From the NCBI RefSeq assembly GCF_000737315.1, contig NZ_JMCB01000009.1:264373-328372 (forward strand): DNA of 64,000 bases, given 5' to 3'. Source of the DNA: Hyalangium minutum (GTDB lineage Bacteria > Myxococcota > Myxococcia > Myxococcales > Myxococcaceae). The position numbers were made by a program, and so were the translations under genes. A model generated the notes under the pieces. It saw only the letters and a program-made list of their open reading frames with translations. It was not told where the DNA came from and made no database searches. Of the stretch, positions 1 through 9,976 are shown one piece after another; position 1 is the stretch's first letter, and every line of letters starts with the position of its first letter.

Positions 1-66
1 ATGACGCAGCGCATCCGGCCACCGCCCGGGGTAGAAAAGGCCTCTACTGCTGGAGGCCTTGAGATC

Positions 67-1131
67 ATGCCGATGTCCCGCCTGCGCCGCACCCTGCTCA
101 CCGTGATGGGGACACTCTTGATGCTGGGAGTGACGGGAGGCGTCGTGGGCTGCCACGCCTTCTCCGCGCCCGTGTACCGAGGACCCAAGTCCGACCACTT
201 CAACGGCGAGCAGTTCGTGAACCAAGAGTCGAGGGAGCGGCGGATGACGTTCCTGGAGTGGCAGCGCACCCGGACCCCGGGGACGTGGGCGGAGTGGACG
301 GATGCGGCTCCGGGCACGCCTCCTCCTCGCCGCGTGGCACGGGGCGCACTGCGTGTCACCTTCGTGAACCACGCCACCACGCTGCTGCAGTTGGACGGGG
401 TGAACGTGCTGACGGACCCCATCTGGTCGGAGCGCTGCAGCCCGGTATCCTTCGTAGGGCCCAAGCGCGTGCGTCCGCCGGGCCTGCGCTTCGAGGACCT
501 GCCGCCCATCGACGCGGTGATCCTCAGCCACAACCACTATGACCACATGGACGTGCCGACGCTGAAGCGGCTCGCGGAGCGATACCCGAACGTGCGCTTC
601 TTCGCGGGGCTGGGGAACAAGGCGTTCCTGGACTCGAAGGGACTGCCGAACGTGACGGAGCTGGACTGGTGGCAGGAGGTGACACTGGCGCCGGAGGTGA
701 AGCTGGTGAGCACGCCCGCGCACCACTTCTCCAACCGGGGGCTGAGCGATCGGGACGGCACGCTGTGGACGAGCTACGTGCTGCAGGGTCCCTCGGGGGT
801 GACGTACTTCGCGGGGGACACCGGCTACGGCAAGCACTTCAAGCAGGTGCGCGAGAAGTTCGGCCCGGTGAAGCTGGCGGTGCTGCCCATCGGCGCCTAC
901 AAGCCCGAGGCCTTCATGGAGGTGGTCCACGTCTCGCCCACCGAGACGGTGCAGGCCAGCGTGGACCTGGAGGCGAAGGTGAACGTGCCCATGCACTTCG
1001 GCACCTTCAGGCTCGCGGATGACGGGCAGGAGGAGCCCGTCACCGAGCTGCGCCGGGTACTCGACGCCCGGCCCGAGCCCAAGCCGGACTTCTGGGTGCT
1101 CGGCTTCGGCGAGGGCCGGGACGTGCCCTGA
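67..1131 (+). CDS. MBL-fold metallo-hydrolase (NAPE-PLD/RomA-like), N-terminal lipoprotein-type signal
   Basis: Motifs TFVNHAT, LTDPIWS, SHNHYDH (HxHxDH), YFAGDTG, PMHFGTF. Hydrophobic leader ending VVGC. Start at ATG 67 or 73. Confidence 0.88.
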   Translation: MPMSRLRRTLLTVMGTLLMLGVTGGVVGCHAFSAPVYRGPKSDHFNGEQFVNQESRERRMTFLEWQRTRTPGTWAEWTDAAPGTPPPRRVARGALRVTFVNHATTLLQLDGVNVLTDPIWSERCSPVSFVGPKRVRPPGLRFEDLPPIDAVILSHNHYDHMDVPTLKRLAERYPNVRFFAGLGNKAFLDSKGLPNVTELDWWQEVTLAPEVKLVSTPAHHFSNRGLSDRDGTLWTSYVLQGPSGVTYFAGDTGYGKHFKQVREKFGPVKLAVLPIGAYKPEAFMEVVHVSPTETVQASVDLEAKVNVPMHFGTFRLADDGQEEPVTELRRVLDARPEPKPDFWVLGFGEGRDVP

Positions 1132-1137
1132 GCGGGC

Positions 1138-3327
1138 TCACGCCTTGACGTCGAGGCGCTGCGGCGGCTCTCCGCCCGAGGACTGAGCGGAGTGCCCAGG
1201 GCCGTTGCCACCGGCGGGCTTGTCCTCCTGCGCGGGCTTCTCGGCGGACTGCTTCTCCAGCATGGACTTGGAGAGGGCGTGCTCGTCAGCGGCGCGGCGG
1301 GCCTCGCGCTCCTTATAGCGGCGGATGGCGGGGGCCATGATCTCGCCAATGAGCGTGCGGTAGTCCATCCCGGCGCCCTGGGCGATGAGCACCAGATCGC
1401 TCCAGCCCGGGGTGAGGCCCGGTAGCGGGTTGCACTCGATGAAGAAGATGCGCCCCTTGTCATCCATGCGGAAGTCGATGCGCGCCACGTCGCGGCACCC
1501 CAGCGCCATGAACGAGCCACGGGCCGCCGCGCGCAGCTTCTCCAGCAGCGCCGGCTCGATCTTCGCGGGCGCGTCGTAGCGGATGCGATCGGTCCAGTCG
1601 AGCTTGTGCTGGAAGCTGTAGACGGGGTTCTTCTCCTCCTTGTCGAGGAAGACGATCTCCATGGGCGGCAGCACGCGCGGGCGGCGCTCGCCGAGCAGGC
1701 CCACGGTGAACTCGCGCCCGCCGATGTACTCCTCGATGAGGGCCGGCTGCTGGTACTTGCCGACGATCTCCTTCACCACGTCGCGCAGCTCCGCCTCGCT
1801 GTGGCAGACACTCTTGCTCACCACGCCCTTGGAGGAGCCCTCGGCCACGGGCTTCACCATGAGCGGGAAGCCGGTGAAGTCCTTGTTGAGGCGCTCCTTG
1901 CCGGTGTGCATCAGCTGGAAGGTGGGCGTGTGGATGCCGGCCTGGCGGACGATCTTCTTGGCCAGGGCCTTGTCCAGCGCGAGCGAGAGCGTGGCCGGAT
2001 CGCTGCCCGTGTACGGGATGTCGAGCAGCTCCAGCATGGCCGGCACTTGGCTCTCGCGGTTGCGGCCCTTGAAGCCCTCGGCGATGTTGAAGACGATGTC
2101 CACCGGCGTGCTGGCCAGCACGTTGGGCAGCTCCTGGTTGGCCTCGAGATCAATCACCTCGTGGCCCCAAGAGGCGATGGCCTCGCGGATGGCCTGGAGC
2201 GTGGCGGGCGAGTCATACTCGGCCTCGCTGTCCTCGGAGGCATCCACGGTGGGCTTCACGCGCTTGACGTTGTAGGTGAAGCCCACGCGCAGCGGGCCGC
2301 TCTTGCGCGCCGGCTTGCCCTGGCGCCGCGCCGAGTCCTTGATCTTGTACCGCTTGGCGGCGCTCTGGATGATGCTGCCGATGACGCCATCCATGTGCAG
2401 GCCCTCGAGCTCCGCGGAGGCGTAGATGCCGGCTCCGGGCTCCAGGCTGGGCAGCGCGTTGATCTCCAGGAAGTACGGCACGCCCGCGTCGCTGAGGCGG
2501 AAGTCGATCCGGCCCAGGTCGCGGCAGTCGAGCACCTTGAAGATGGTCTGCGCCATCTTGCGCACGTCCTCGGCCGTCTTCGCGGGGATCTGGGCCGGCG
2601 CGCGCACGCTGACGGACTTGAAGTTCTTCACCTTCAGGTCGTAGTCGTAGATGGAGTACTTGCGGCTCGAGGTGGCCGCCGGATCGATGATGTACTCCAC
2701 GGGGGTGAGCACGCCGTCGAAGTCATTGTCCACGGCGGCCAGGAAGGGCACCGTCAAGTCACGCCCACCGATGTACTCCTCCACGAGGACGCCGGCCGGG
2801 TACTTGGCCAGGGCCTGGGCCACCTTGGTGCGCACCTCGTCCAGCGTCTCCGCGATGGAGTCCTGGGTGATGCCCTTGGAGGAGCCCTCGAAGTTCGGCT
2901 TGACGATGACGGGGAAGCGCAGGTTCTCCGCGGTGAGCTCGCTGAGCTTCTCCACGTACTGCCAGCCCGGGGTACGGATGCCGTGCTTGGCGAGGATCAG
3001 CTTGGTGAGCTGCTTGTCCAGGGTGACGGCCAGGGCATACGCGTCGCTGGCGGTGTAGTGGAAGCCGAGCTCCTCGAAGAGGGCCGGATAGAAGGCCTCG
3101 CGGAAGCGGCCGCGGCGGCCCTCGGCGGTGTTGAAGATGAGATCGGGGCTGTAGGCCTCGAGCCGGGCGACGGTGCGCGAGGCGGGGCCGCTGACCTCGA
3201 AGCGCTCCAGCCGGTGGCCGAGCCGCTCGATGGCGCCCGCCAGGGCGTTCACCGTCTCCTGGGTGTCGAACTCCGCTTCCTCTTCCGAGTCCGAGAGCCT
3301 GAGGTTGTACGTCAGCGCGATGCGCAC
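1138..3327 (-). CDS. D-Ala-D-Ala ligase-like ATP-grasp protein with two complete fused domains
   Basis: Two copies of FN(T/I)AEG..GR.RE, YT(A/G)SD..LDK, VKP..EGSSKG, EEYI.GR, RIDFR and E.N.LP. GTG start at 3327 (VRIALTYN). Confidence 0.85.
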   Translation of the reverse strand: MRIALTYNLRLSDSEEEAEFDTQETVNALAGAIERLGHRLERFEVSGPASRTVARLEAYSPDLIFNTAEGRRGRFREAFYPALFEELGFHYTASDAYALAVTLDKQLTKLILAKHGIRTPGWQYVEKLSELTAENLRFPVIVKPNFEGSSKGITQDSIAETLDEVRTKVAQALAKYPAGVLVEEYIGGRDLTVPFLAAVDNDFDGVLTPVEYIIDPAATSSRKYSIYDYDLKVKNFKSVSVRAPAQIPAKTAEDVRKMAQTIFKVLDCRDLGRIDFRLSDAGVPYFLEINALPSLEPGAGIYASAELEGLHMDGVIGSIIQSAAKRYKIKDSARRQGKPARKSGPLRVGFTYNVKRVKPTVDASEDSEAEYDSPATLQAIREAIASWGHEVIDLEANQELPNVLASTPVDIVFNIAEGFKGRNRESQVPAMLELLDIPYTGSDPATLSLALDKALAKKIVRQAGIHTPTFQLMHTGKERLNKDFTGFPLMVKPVAEGSSKGVVSKSVCHSEAELRDVVKEIVGKYQQPALIEEYIGGREFTVGLLGERRPRVLPPMEIVFLDKEEKNPVYSFQHKLDWTDRIRYDAPAKIEPALLEKLRAAARGSFMALGCRDVARIDFRMDDKGRIFFIECNPLPGLTPGWSDLVLIAQGAGMDYRTLIGEIMAPAIRRYKEREARRAADEHALSKSMLEKQSAEKPAQEDKPAGGNGPGHSAQSSGGEPPQRLDVKA

Positions 3328-3923
3328 GGCTTCCCCCTTCTTGCCCGCCTGAGCGAGCGGCCGCGGCGAATCTTCGCCGCGGACAAGAGTCGTCCCGGGG
3401 CGCGCTGATGCGCCACGGGGGTGCGGGCGGCAACGGATGCGCCCGCGACAACCTTCCCATCCACCACCTGCGTCTGGGCCCACATGTCCCCCAGCCGCCA
3501 GCCAAGCGGATCCTTGAGGACGCGCCATCCCTCCAGCCCCCCGATGACGAGGAGCCCCCCGGCGCCCGCCACCAGGCCCAGGCCCTCGGGCATCATCCCC
3601 AGGAGGATGATCAGCGCGAGCGGGGCATTGCGGAGAGCGCTGTCGCGGTGGCGCGCGGCCGTGTGCGTAGGCAGGTAGATGACCTTGACGCCGAAGATGC
3701 GCTTGCCGGGGCTCTGGCCATGGAGCATGCCGTCGGCCAGGAGCACGAAGAGCAGCGCCACCACGGAGCCGGCGGCGCCGCAGACGACCCACAGGCCCCA
3801 GGCCACGGCGATGTCCACCAGCCGTGCGCCCAGGCGCAGCAGGAGCGCGGCCTTGGGATACGGCGAGCCGGACAGAATCTCTCCCTCGTGGACGAGGCGC
3901 AGCGCGCGAGGACCGGAGTTCAC
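3312..3923 (-). CDS. RDD family membrane protein
   Basis: RLGARLVD, GQSPGKRIFGVKV, LRN, GWRLGDMWAQTQVV. Overlaps both neighbours in an operon. Confidence 0.85.
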   Translation of the reverse strand: MNSGPRALRLVHEGEILSGSPYPKAALLLRLGARLVDIAVAWGLWVVCGAAGSVVALLFVLLADGMLHGQSPGKRIFGVKVIYLPTHTAARHRDSALRNAPLALIILLGMMPEGLGLVAGAGGLLVIGGLEGWRVLKDPLGWRLGDMWAQTQVVDGKVVAGASVAARTPVAHQRAPGRLLSAAKIRRGRSLRRARRGKPCASR

Positions 3924-4429
3924 TCCTCGGGCTCCAGCGTGAGGCCCTTCTCGAGGGGCTCGGGCTCATCCAGGCCGGCCAGCTGGGCCAGCCGCTCGTA
4001 GGCGCTGATGGGCATGCGCTGGGCCTGGGTGCGCTTGGCGTGGGCGCGCGCGTTTTCGGCGGCCAGCTCGGCGGTGGGCGAGCCCGTCTCGGACAGACGC
4101 ATCAGCCGCTCGCGGGCCTCCTCGGTGTCATGCGCCGGGGCCTCGCTTTCCCGGGTGAAGAAGACGAAGGCCATGGCCGGGCGCTTGGAGGCCTCGCGCA
4201 TGGCGAACTGCACGCCATCCAGGTTCCAGCCCTTGGGGACCCACTCGTTGAGGGTGCGCTCCAGCGAGCCCTCATCCACGGTGGACAGCTCGACAACCTT
4301 GTACTGGAGGGGGCCGGGCGCGCGGATGACAGGCGTATGGCCTGCTCCAGGGCGCTTCCCGGCTCGACGCTGACGTTCGGGCGGAGGTTTCGCCGCCTTG
4401 CGCTTGGGGCGCTTCTTCTTCGTGGGCAT
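3920..4429 (-). CDS. hypothetical protein with DUF4177-like domain and basic N-terminus
   Basis: QYKVVEL...LERTLNEWVPKGWNL pattern. Stop overlaps the RDD start (GTGA). Confidence 0.65.
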   Translation of the reverse strand: MPTKKKRPKRKAAKPPPERQRRAGKRPGAGHTPVIRAPGPLQYKVVELSTVDEGSLERTLNEWVPKGWNLDGVQFAMREASKRPAMAFVFFTRESEAPAHDTEEARERLMRLSETGSPTAELAAENARAHAKRTQAQRMPISAYERLAQLAGLDEPEPLEKGLTLEPEE

Positions 4430-4506
4430 TGCCGTGGCCAATCACTTTGCGCGTCCGCGCGCCCAGGATCAAGCGGCGCGCGGAACTTGTGGGCGCCGCC
4501 TGTTGC

Positions 4507-5475
4507 CTACAAGAGCTTCGAGGCTTCCAGGGCGTGGTAGGTGATGATGAGGTCCGCCCCAGCGCGCTTGATGGAAGTGAGGATCTCCATCATCACGCGA
4601 TCTCCATCCACCCAGTTGTTTTGAGCCGCAGCTTTCACCATCGAATACTCGCCGGAGACGTTGTAGGCGACGACGGGCAGGTCCACGCGCTCCTTCACCC
4701 GGTGGATGATGTCCAGGTAGGAGAGCGCGGGCTTGACCATGATCATGTCGGCGCCCTCCTCCACATCCAGGCCGACTTCCTTGAGGGCCTCGCGGGCATT
4801 GCCGGGGTCCATCTGGTAGCCGCGGCGGTCGCCGAACTGGGGCGCGCTCTGGGCGGCCTCACGGAACGGGCCGTAGAAGCCGGAGGCGTACTTGGCGGCG
4901 TAGGAGAGGATGGGCGTGTCCACCAGGCTGCACTCGTCCAGGGCCTTGCGGATGGAGTGGATGCGGCCGTCCATCATGTCCGAGGGAGCGATGATGTCGG
5001 CACCAGCCTGGGCGCAGGTGACGGCCATCTGCGCCAGCAGCGGCAGGGTGGCGTCATTGGCCACATGGCCGCCCTCGAGCACGCCGCAGTGGCCATGGTC
5101 CGTGTACTCGCAGAGGCACACGTCGGCGACGATCTGGAGCTCGGGGACGGCGTCCTTGATGGCGCGGATGGCGCGCTGGACGATGCCCTCACGGGCATAG
5201 CCCTGGGTGCCTCGGGCGTCCTTATGGTCCGGGATGCCGAAGAGAATGACGGAGGGCACCCCGAGCGCCTTCGCCTGCTTGGCCTCGGCGACGGCGTGCT
5301 CGATGGAGAGGTTGAAGACGCCGGGCATGGAGGTGATGGGACGGCGCACGTCCCGGCCTTCCACGACGAAGAGCGGATAGATGAAGTCTGCGGGCTCCAG
5401 CGTCGTCTCGCGCACCATGTCCCGGAGGACGGGGGAGCGACGCAAGCGGCGGGGACGGTGGGTGGGGAAGGCCAT
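4507..5475 (-). CDS. hemB: porphobilinogen synthase (delta-aminolevulinic acid dehydratase)
   Basis: [65 protein letters not shown]. Confidence 0.97.
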   Translation of the reverse strand: MAFPTHRPRRLRRSPVLRDMVRETTLEPADFIYPLFVVEGRDVRRPITSMPGVFNLSIEHAVAEAKQAKALGVPSVILFGIPDHKDARGTQGYAREGIVQRAIRAIKDAVPELQIVADVCLCEYTDHGHCGVLEGGHVANDATLPLLAQMAVTCAQAGADIIAPSDMMDGRIHSIRKALDECSLVDTPILSYAAKYASGFYGPFREAAQSAPQFGDRRGYQMDPGNAREALKEVGLDVEEGADMIMVKPALSYLDIIHRVKERVDLPVVAYNVSGEYSMVKAAAQNNWVDGDRVMMEILTSIKRAGADLIITYHALEASKLL

Positions 5476-5567
5476 GGTGATGACGGTATAAACCGTCTGG
5501 AGCCTCCCCATCAGCCCTCAAGTGAACGGCAGGCCTCCCCGCTGGGCAGGCAGCGAGGCGTCCGGCA

Positions 5568-5771
5568 CTACACCGGCTGGGGAGTCAGGTCCTGCCGCCA
5601 CCAGCGCCGAGAGGCCTGCTCCGCGCGGTGCTCGGCCAGCTCCGCCTCGTGGAGCGCCCGGAGATAGCGGCTGTGGGCCGCCGGCGTGCCGGACTTGAGA
5701 CCTTCCTCCGCAGCCGCCAGTTCCTGCCGCGCCTGAACCAATTCCTTCTGCACCACATCCTGCCAACTCAT
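5568..5771 (-). CDS. small hypothetical coiled-coil protein (67 aa)
   Basis: Strong RBS (AGGAGG) upstream, helical Ala/Glu-rich sequence, fills the intergenic gap. Confidence 0.6.
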   Translation of the reverse strand: MSWQDVVQKELVQARQELAAAEEGLKSGTPAAHSRYLRALHEAELAEHRAEQASRRWWRQDLTPQPV

Positions 5772-6000
5772 GTGCCTTCCTCCTGTCCTCTGGAGCTATG
5801 CATGGTCCAGACCAGCGGCAGGCGTGGGAGAAGTGCGCGAAAAGTGAGGCCCTCTGCGGTGCGTCATGCGGGCGCCTGCGCACACCGTTTCACAGGGGGC
5901 GTAAAGCGCTTCACGCGAGCAGGCGGACCGCCCGCCTGGCTATTCGACCGTTCACCCAGGAAGGCAATCGGCGCCAGGGGGCATCGTCTAGAGTGGCACT

Positions 6001-6912
6001 GTGTCCGCTATCGAAGTCACTGGGCTCCGGAAGACGTACCGGCGCGCTTTCTCGCGCACGGGAAATGACGCGTTGCGAGGCGTGGATCTCACCGTACCCG
6101 AAGGGAGCGCCTTCGGGCTGATCGGCCCCAACGGAGCGGGAAAGACGACGTTCATCAAGGCCATCCTCGGCATCGTCCAGCCTACGGGCGGGACGGTGAA
6201 GGTGCTGGGAGGCTCGCCGGAGGACCCGCGCATCCGTGAGAAGATCGGCTACCTGCCCGAGCGCCTGCACCTGCCCAACGCGTGGACGGCCGTCGCGTTC
6301 CTGCACACTGTGGCCAGACTGAAGCGGTTGAAGCCGGACCGAGCCGCGGAGCTGCGGCTGCTGGAACGCGTGGGGCTGGCGCACGCGGCGGGCCAGCGGA
6401 TTGGTGGGTACTCCAAAGGCATGCGGCAGCGGTTGGGGCTGGCGGCGGCGCTGATCGGCTCCCCTTCCCTGCTGGTGCTGGACGAGCCCACGGACGGCAT
6501 CGATCCCATGGGCCGGGTGGAGGTGCGCGCGATCCTCCAGGAGGAGGTGCGGCGCGGCACCACGCTGTTCCTGAACTCGCACCTGCTGGCGGAGACGGAG
6601 CGCGTGTGTGATCGGGTGGCGATCCTCGCGAACGGGCGGGTGCTGCGAGAGGGTCGGCTGGAGGAACTGGCACGCGGCGGGGCGCGATGGGCGGTGCGCT
6701 TCGCGCCGGGGGCGGACGCGGGGACACTGGCCTCAGTGGGCTTCCAGTCAGCAGGCTCGGAGGGGCTGTTCCACATCGAGGCGGCGGACCCGGCGGCCTT
6801 GAACACGGCGCTGGACAAGGCGCGGGCGGCGGGTGCGCTGCTGGTGGAGCTGAGGCGGGACGGACAGGATCTCGAGGCCGTGCTGACGGCCACGATGGGA
6901 GCGGCGGCATGA
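6001..6912 (+). CDS. ABC transporter ATP-binding protein
   Basis: Walker A GPNGAGKTT, signature YSKGMRQR, Walker B LVLDEP, H-loop NSH. Confidence 0.95.
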   Translation: MSAIEVTGLRKTYRRAFSRTGNDALRGVDLTVPEGSAFGLIGPNGAGKTTFIKAILGIVQPTGGTVKVLGGSPEDPRIREKIGYLPERLHLPNAWTAVAFLHTVARLKRLKPDRAAELRLLERVGLAHAAGQRIGGYSKGMRQRLGLAAALIGSPSLLVLDEPTDGIDPMGRVEVRAILQEEVRRGTTLFLNSHLLAETERVCDRVAILANGRVLREGRLEELARGGARWAVRFAPGADAGTLASVGFQSAGSEGLFHIEAADPAALNTALDKARAAGALLVELRRDGQDLEAVLTATMGAAA

Positions 6913-7745
6913 ACCCCGTTCTGGGAATTGCTGGCTACGTTTTGCGCGAGGCGGCGTCGCGGAAGTTCATCCTGGCCTTCCTGGTGGGCATCACGCTGGT
7001 GCTGCTGGTGCTGTCGCTGAGCCTGAAGCTGGAGGTGCTGGACGGGGCGCTGGCGGCCACGCGGCTGTTCGGCAAGGAGTTGGAGACGAGCATCCGCTCG
7101 GTGGACGTGGCGCTGCGGCCGTTGTTCCAGGCGTGCGCGTACGTGGTGTTCTACGGAGGCATCCTGTTTGGGATCGTGGCGTGCTCGGACTTCGCGCCGA
7201 GTTTGCTGTCGCCGGGGCGCATCGAGCACCTGCTCGCCCTGCCCTTGCAGCGCTGGCACATCCTGGCGGGAACGTTCCTGGGAGTGATGACGCTGGCGCT
7301 GTGCGGGGCGCTGTATGGCTCGCTGGGGCTGCTGATCATCTTCGGAGTGAAGACGGGGTTCTGGACGCTGGGGCCGCTGATCGCGGCGATGCTGGCAATC
7401 GGGAGCTTCGCAGCGGTGTACGCGGTGATGTTGACCACGGCGACGCTGGTGCGGAGCGCGGCACTGTGCGCGGCTTCGGGCTTTCTGATCTTCGTGGGAG
7501 GCATCGTCGCTGGCTACCGCGTGCCCATCGCGCGGGTGTTCGAGGAAGGACTGAGCCGCAAGCTCTTCCAGGCGGTGACGGCGGTACTGCCGCGGCTGTC
7601 GGCACTGGCGGATGCGTCGGCGGATCTGGCGGCATCGAAGCCGCTGGAGGTGAAGTCGCTGGAAGCGCTGGTGGCGGGAGTGGTGGTGTTCGGCCTGGGG
7701 GTGCTGGCGGTGGGGCTGTGGCGTTTCGAGGGAAAGGACTACTGA
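6909..7745 (+). CDS. ABC-2 type transporter permease
   Basis: ATGA overlap with the ATPase, about six hydrophobic segments, GRIEHLLALPLQRWHIL motif. Confidence 0.85.
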   Translation: MNPVLGIAGYVLREAASRKFILAFLVGITLVLLVLSLSLKLEVLDGALAATRLFGKELETSIRSVDVALRPLFQACAYVVFYGGILFGIVACSDFAPSLLSPGRIEHLLALPLQRWHILAGTFLGVMTLALCGALYGSLGLLIIFGVKTGFWTLGPLIAAMLAIGSFAAVYAVMLTTATLVRSAALCAASGFLIFVGGIVAGYRVPIARVFEEGLSRKLFQAVTAVLPRLSALADASADLAASKPLEVKSLEALVAGVVVFGLGVLAVGLWRFEGKDY

Positions 7746-8872
7746 TGAACCGGCGTCGAGGCATCTGGTTGGGGTTGGCGGCGGTCCTGCTGGCACTGGG
7801 GGCGTGGCTGATGCTGAGTGGCCAGGGCGATGAGCCGGCTCCCGAGCCGCTCAAGGTGGAGTTCCCGCGCAGGATGCGGCGGGAGGACTGGAAGCGGGCC
7901 GAGCAGCGCCGGACGCAGGTGGTGCCCGCGGTGGTCCCGGCGCAGGGGAAGCCGGAGGCCGAGCCGCCGCGCCCGAGGGATCCGGTGCTGGCAGCGCTGC
8001 CGCGAGGCAAAGGGCGCTCGGCGGTGGTCATCGAGGCGAACGCACTGCGCTACTCGCCGATTGGGGAGCTGCTGGTGGACTGCCTGATGCGGGATGGAGG
8101 GAAGAACCTGGAGGAGTTCCGCAAGCAGAGCGGTGTGGATCCGCTGCAGGACCTGGACCGGATGGTGATCACGGACAAGGGCATCGTGCTCTCAGGGAAC
8201 TTCGGCAACGCGCGCTTCAAGGAGCTGTTCCAGGAGCGGGTGTCCTCGGACTACGGCCCGGGGTCGCGGGTGTACGAGCCGGGCAGCGTGGTCGTCACGC
8301 AGGCGGACGGGGGCGTCCGGAAGGGCCGGAACAACGGGACGGTGGGAACCTGGAACGATCAGCTGCTGGTGGTGGGCGACGATCCGACGGCGGTGAAGGA
8401 GGTGCTGGATCAGGTGAACGGAGGAGGCTCGAACGAGCCGCCGGTCATCAACGAGGGGAGCACGTACGGGGAGATGTACGGGGTGCTGTCGGTGGAGCAG
8501 CTGGCGCGGATGATTCCCAAGGAGCAGGCCGAGCTGGCGCAGAAGCTGCGGGACGTGGCGGACACGGTGGAGCTGCACATGGATGCGCGCTCGGACGTGG
8601 CGATGGTGGCGCAGATCCGGGGCTCGGATGCATCGAAGGTGACGGACCTGGGTAAGTCGCTGGGCGGGGCGCTATCGCTGGCTCGGCTGAAGGCGCAGGC
8701 GGACGGGGACAAGGATCTGGCGCAGTTCCTGGACTTCGCGAAGGTCGAGCCGGATGGGTCGGAGTTCAAGCTGGAGCTGGCGGTGCCGCTCGAGGTCATC
8801 AAGGAGCGCCTCGCGTTCTGCCGCGATGATCAGAAGACGGCGGCGGAAAGGGGAGCGGAGGTACGGCCATGA
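7745..8872 (+). CDS. hypothetical membrane-anchored protein in the ABC operon
   Basis: TGATG coupling with the permease. One N-terminal TM helix (MNRRRGIWLGLAAVLLALGAWLML) and coding-like composition. Confidence 0.8.
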   Translation: MNRRRGIWLGLAAVLLALGAWLMLSGQGDEPAPEPLKVEFPRRMRREDWKRAEQRRTQVVPAVVPAQGKPEAEPPRPRDPVLAALPRGKGRSAVVIEANALRYSPIGELLVDCLMRDGGKNLEEFRKQSGVDPLQDLDRMVITDKGIVLSGNFGNARFKELFQERVSSDYGPGSRVYEPGSVVVTQADGGVRKGRNNGTVGTWNDQLLVVGDDPTAVKEVLDQVNGGGSNEPPVINEGSTYGEMYGVLSVEQLARMIPKEQAELAQKLRDVADTVELHMDARSDVAMVAQIRGSDASKVTDLGKSLGGALSLARLKAQADGDKDLAQFLDFAKVEPDGSEFKLELAVPLEVIKERLAFCRDDQKTAAERGAEVRP

Positions 8873-9477
8873 AGCGCTCGGAGTTGGTGGCGCTCGTCGA
8901 CATGGACGGGACGCTGTGCGACTACGAGGGGGCGATGGCGCGGGATCTGGAGAAAATCCGGAACCCACAGGAGCCGCCGCTGAAGATGCGAGAGCACCAC
9001 TCGGTTCCGTGGTTAAGGGAGCGGGTAGAGCTGATCCGGCGGCAGCCGGGCTGGTGGGCGGGGTTGGAGCGGCTGAAGCTGGGCTTCGACGTGCTGGAGG
9101 AGCTTCGGGCACTGGAATTCGAACTCCACATCCTGACGAAGGGGCCGGCGCAGGCGACGAGCGCCTGGACGGAGAAGCTGCAGTGGTGCCAGCGGCACGT
9201 ACCGGACGCACGCGTGACGGTGACGATGGACAAGGGCTTGGTGTACGGGAAAGTGCTGGTGGATGACTGGCCCGAGTACATCGAGCGCTGGCTCACCTGG
9301 CGGCCGCGGGGCCTGGTGATCATGCCCGCGCAGCCCTGGAACGAGGACTTCCAGCATCCGAACGTGCTGCGCTACGACGGGAGGAACCTGGACGTGGTGA
9401 AGACGAGCCTGCGGGCCGTAAAGGAGCGGGCGCTGGCGCTGCCGCCCGACGATGTCCCGCCGCTCCCCGAGAGTTGA
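8869..9477 (+). CDS. HAD-superfamily 5'(3')-deoxyribonucleotidase (NT5C-like)
   Basis: HAD motif I VDMDGTLCD, motif II LTKG, conserved K (EKLQW), motif IV LVDDWP. ATGA overlap. Confidence 0.75.
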   Translation: MKRSELVALVDMDGTLCDYEGAMARDLEKIRNPQEPPLKMREHHSVPWLRERVELIRRQPGWWAGLERLKLGFDVLEELRALEFELHILTKGPAQATSAWTEKLQWCQRHVPDARVTVTMDKGLVYGKVLVDDWPEYIERWLTWRPRGLVIMPAQPWNEDFQHPNVLRYDGRNLDVVKTSLRAVKERALALPPDDVPPLPES

Positions 9478-9484
9478 GCACGGC

Positions 9485-9976
9485 ATGTCCCTCTCCACCT
9501 TGTGCCAGCGCTGTGGGCTCTGCTGCGACGGGAACCTGTTCTCGTCGCTGCCGTTGCGCCGCTCTGAGGTGGAGCCAATGCGGCGGCTCTCACTACCCGT
9601 GGTGGAGCGGACAGATGGAACGCCGGGGATCGAGCAACGCTGTGCGGCGTTGGATGGGCGGTGCTGCACGGTGTACGCGGAGCGTCCCGAGGCCTGCCGC
9701 CGCTACCGCTGCCACCTGCTGACGGCGGCGGCCGAAGGCGAGGTCTCAGTGGAGGAGGCACTGGGAGTGGTGGATGAGGCTCACGCGCGCATCCGAGCCG
9801 TCGAAGCCGCCCTACCCCTGGAGCGCCTGGGTTCTCCCCAAGCGGTGCTACAGCGTGCGAGACACGAAGACCAACCGGAAAACGGCGGTCCCCTGCCCCG
9901 CGAGACGCAGGAACTCTGGAATCAGGCGGAGAGCCATCTCGACCGCCACTTCCGAGGCCGACACCGCCGGATGTGA
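9485..9976 (+). CDS. YkgJ/UPF0153 family cysteine-cluster protein
   Basis: CQRCGLCC ... C ... CTVYAERPEACRRYRC. Confidence 0.88.
   Translation: MSLSTLCQRCGLCCDGNLFSSLPLRRSEVEPMRRLSLPVVERTDGTPGIEQRCAALDGRCCTVYAERPEACRRYRCHLLTAAAEGEVSVEEALGVVDEAHARIRAVEAALPLERLGSPQAVLQRARHEDQPENGGPLPRETQELWNQAESHLDRHFRGRHRRM

Noticed and set aside
1138-3327. Calling the ATP-grasp gene ddl or a vancomycin-resistance ligase
   Set aside because: It lacks the canonical Ddl/Van HG..GEDG motif and has no van or mur context.
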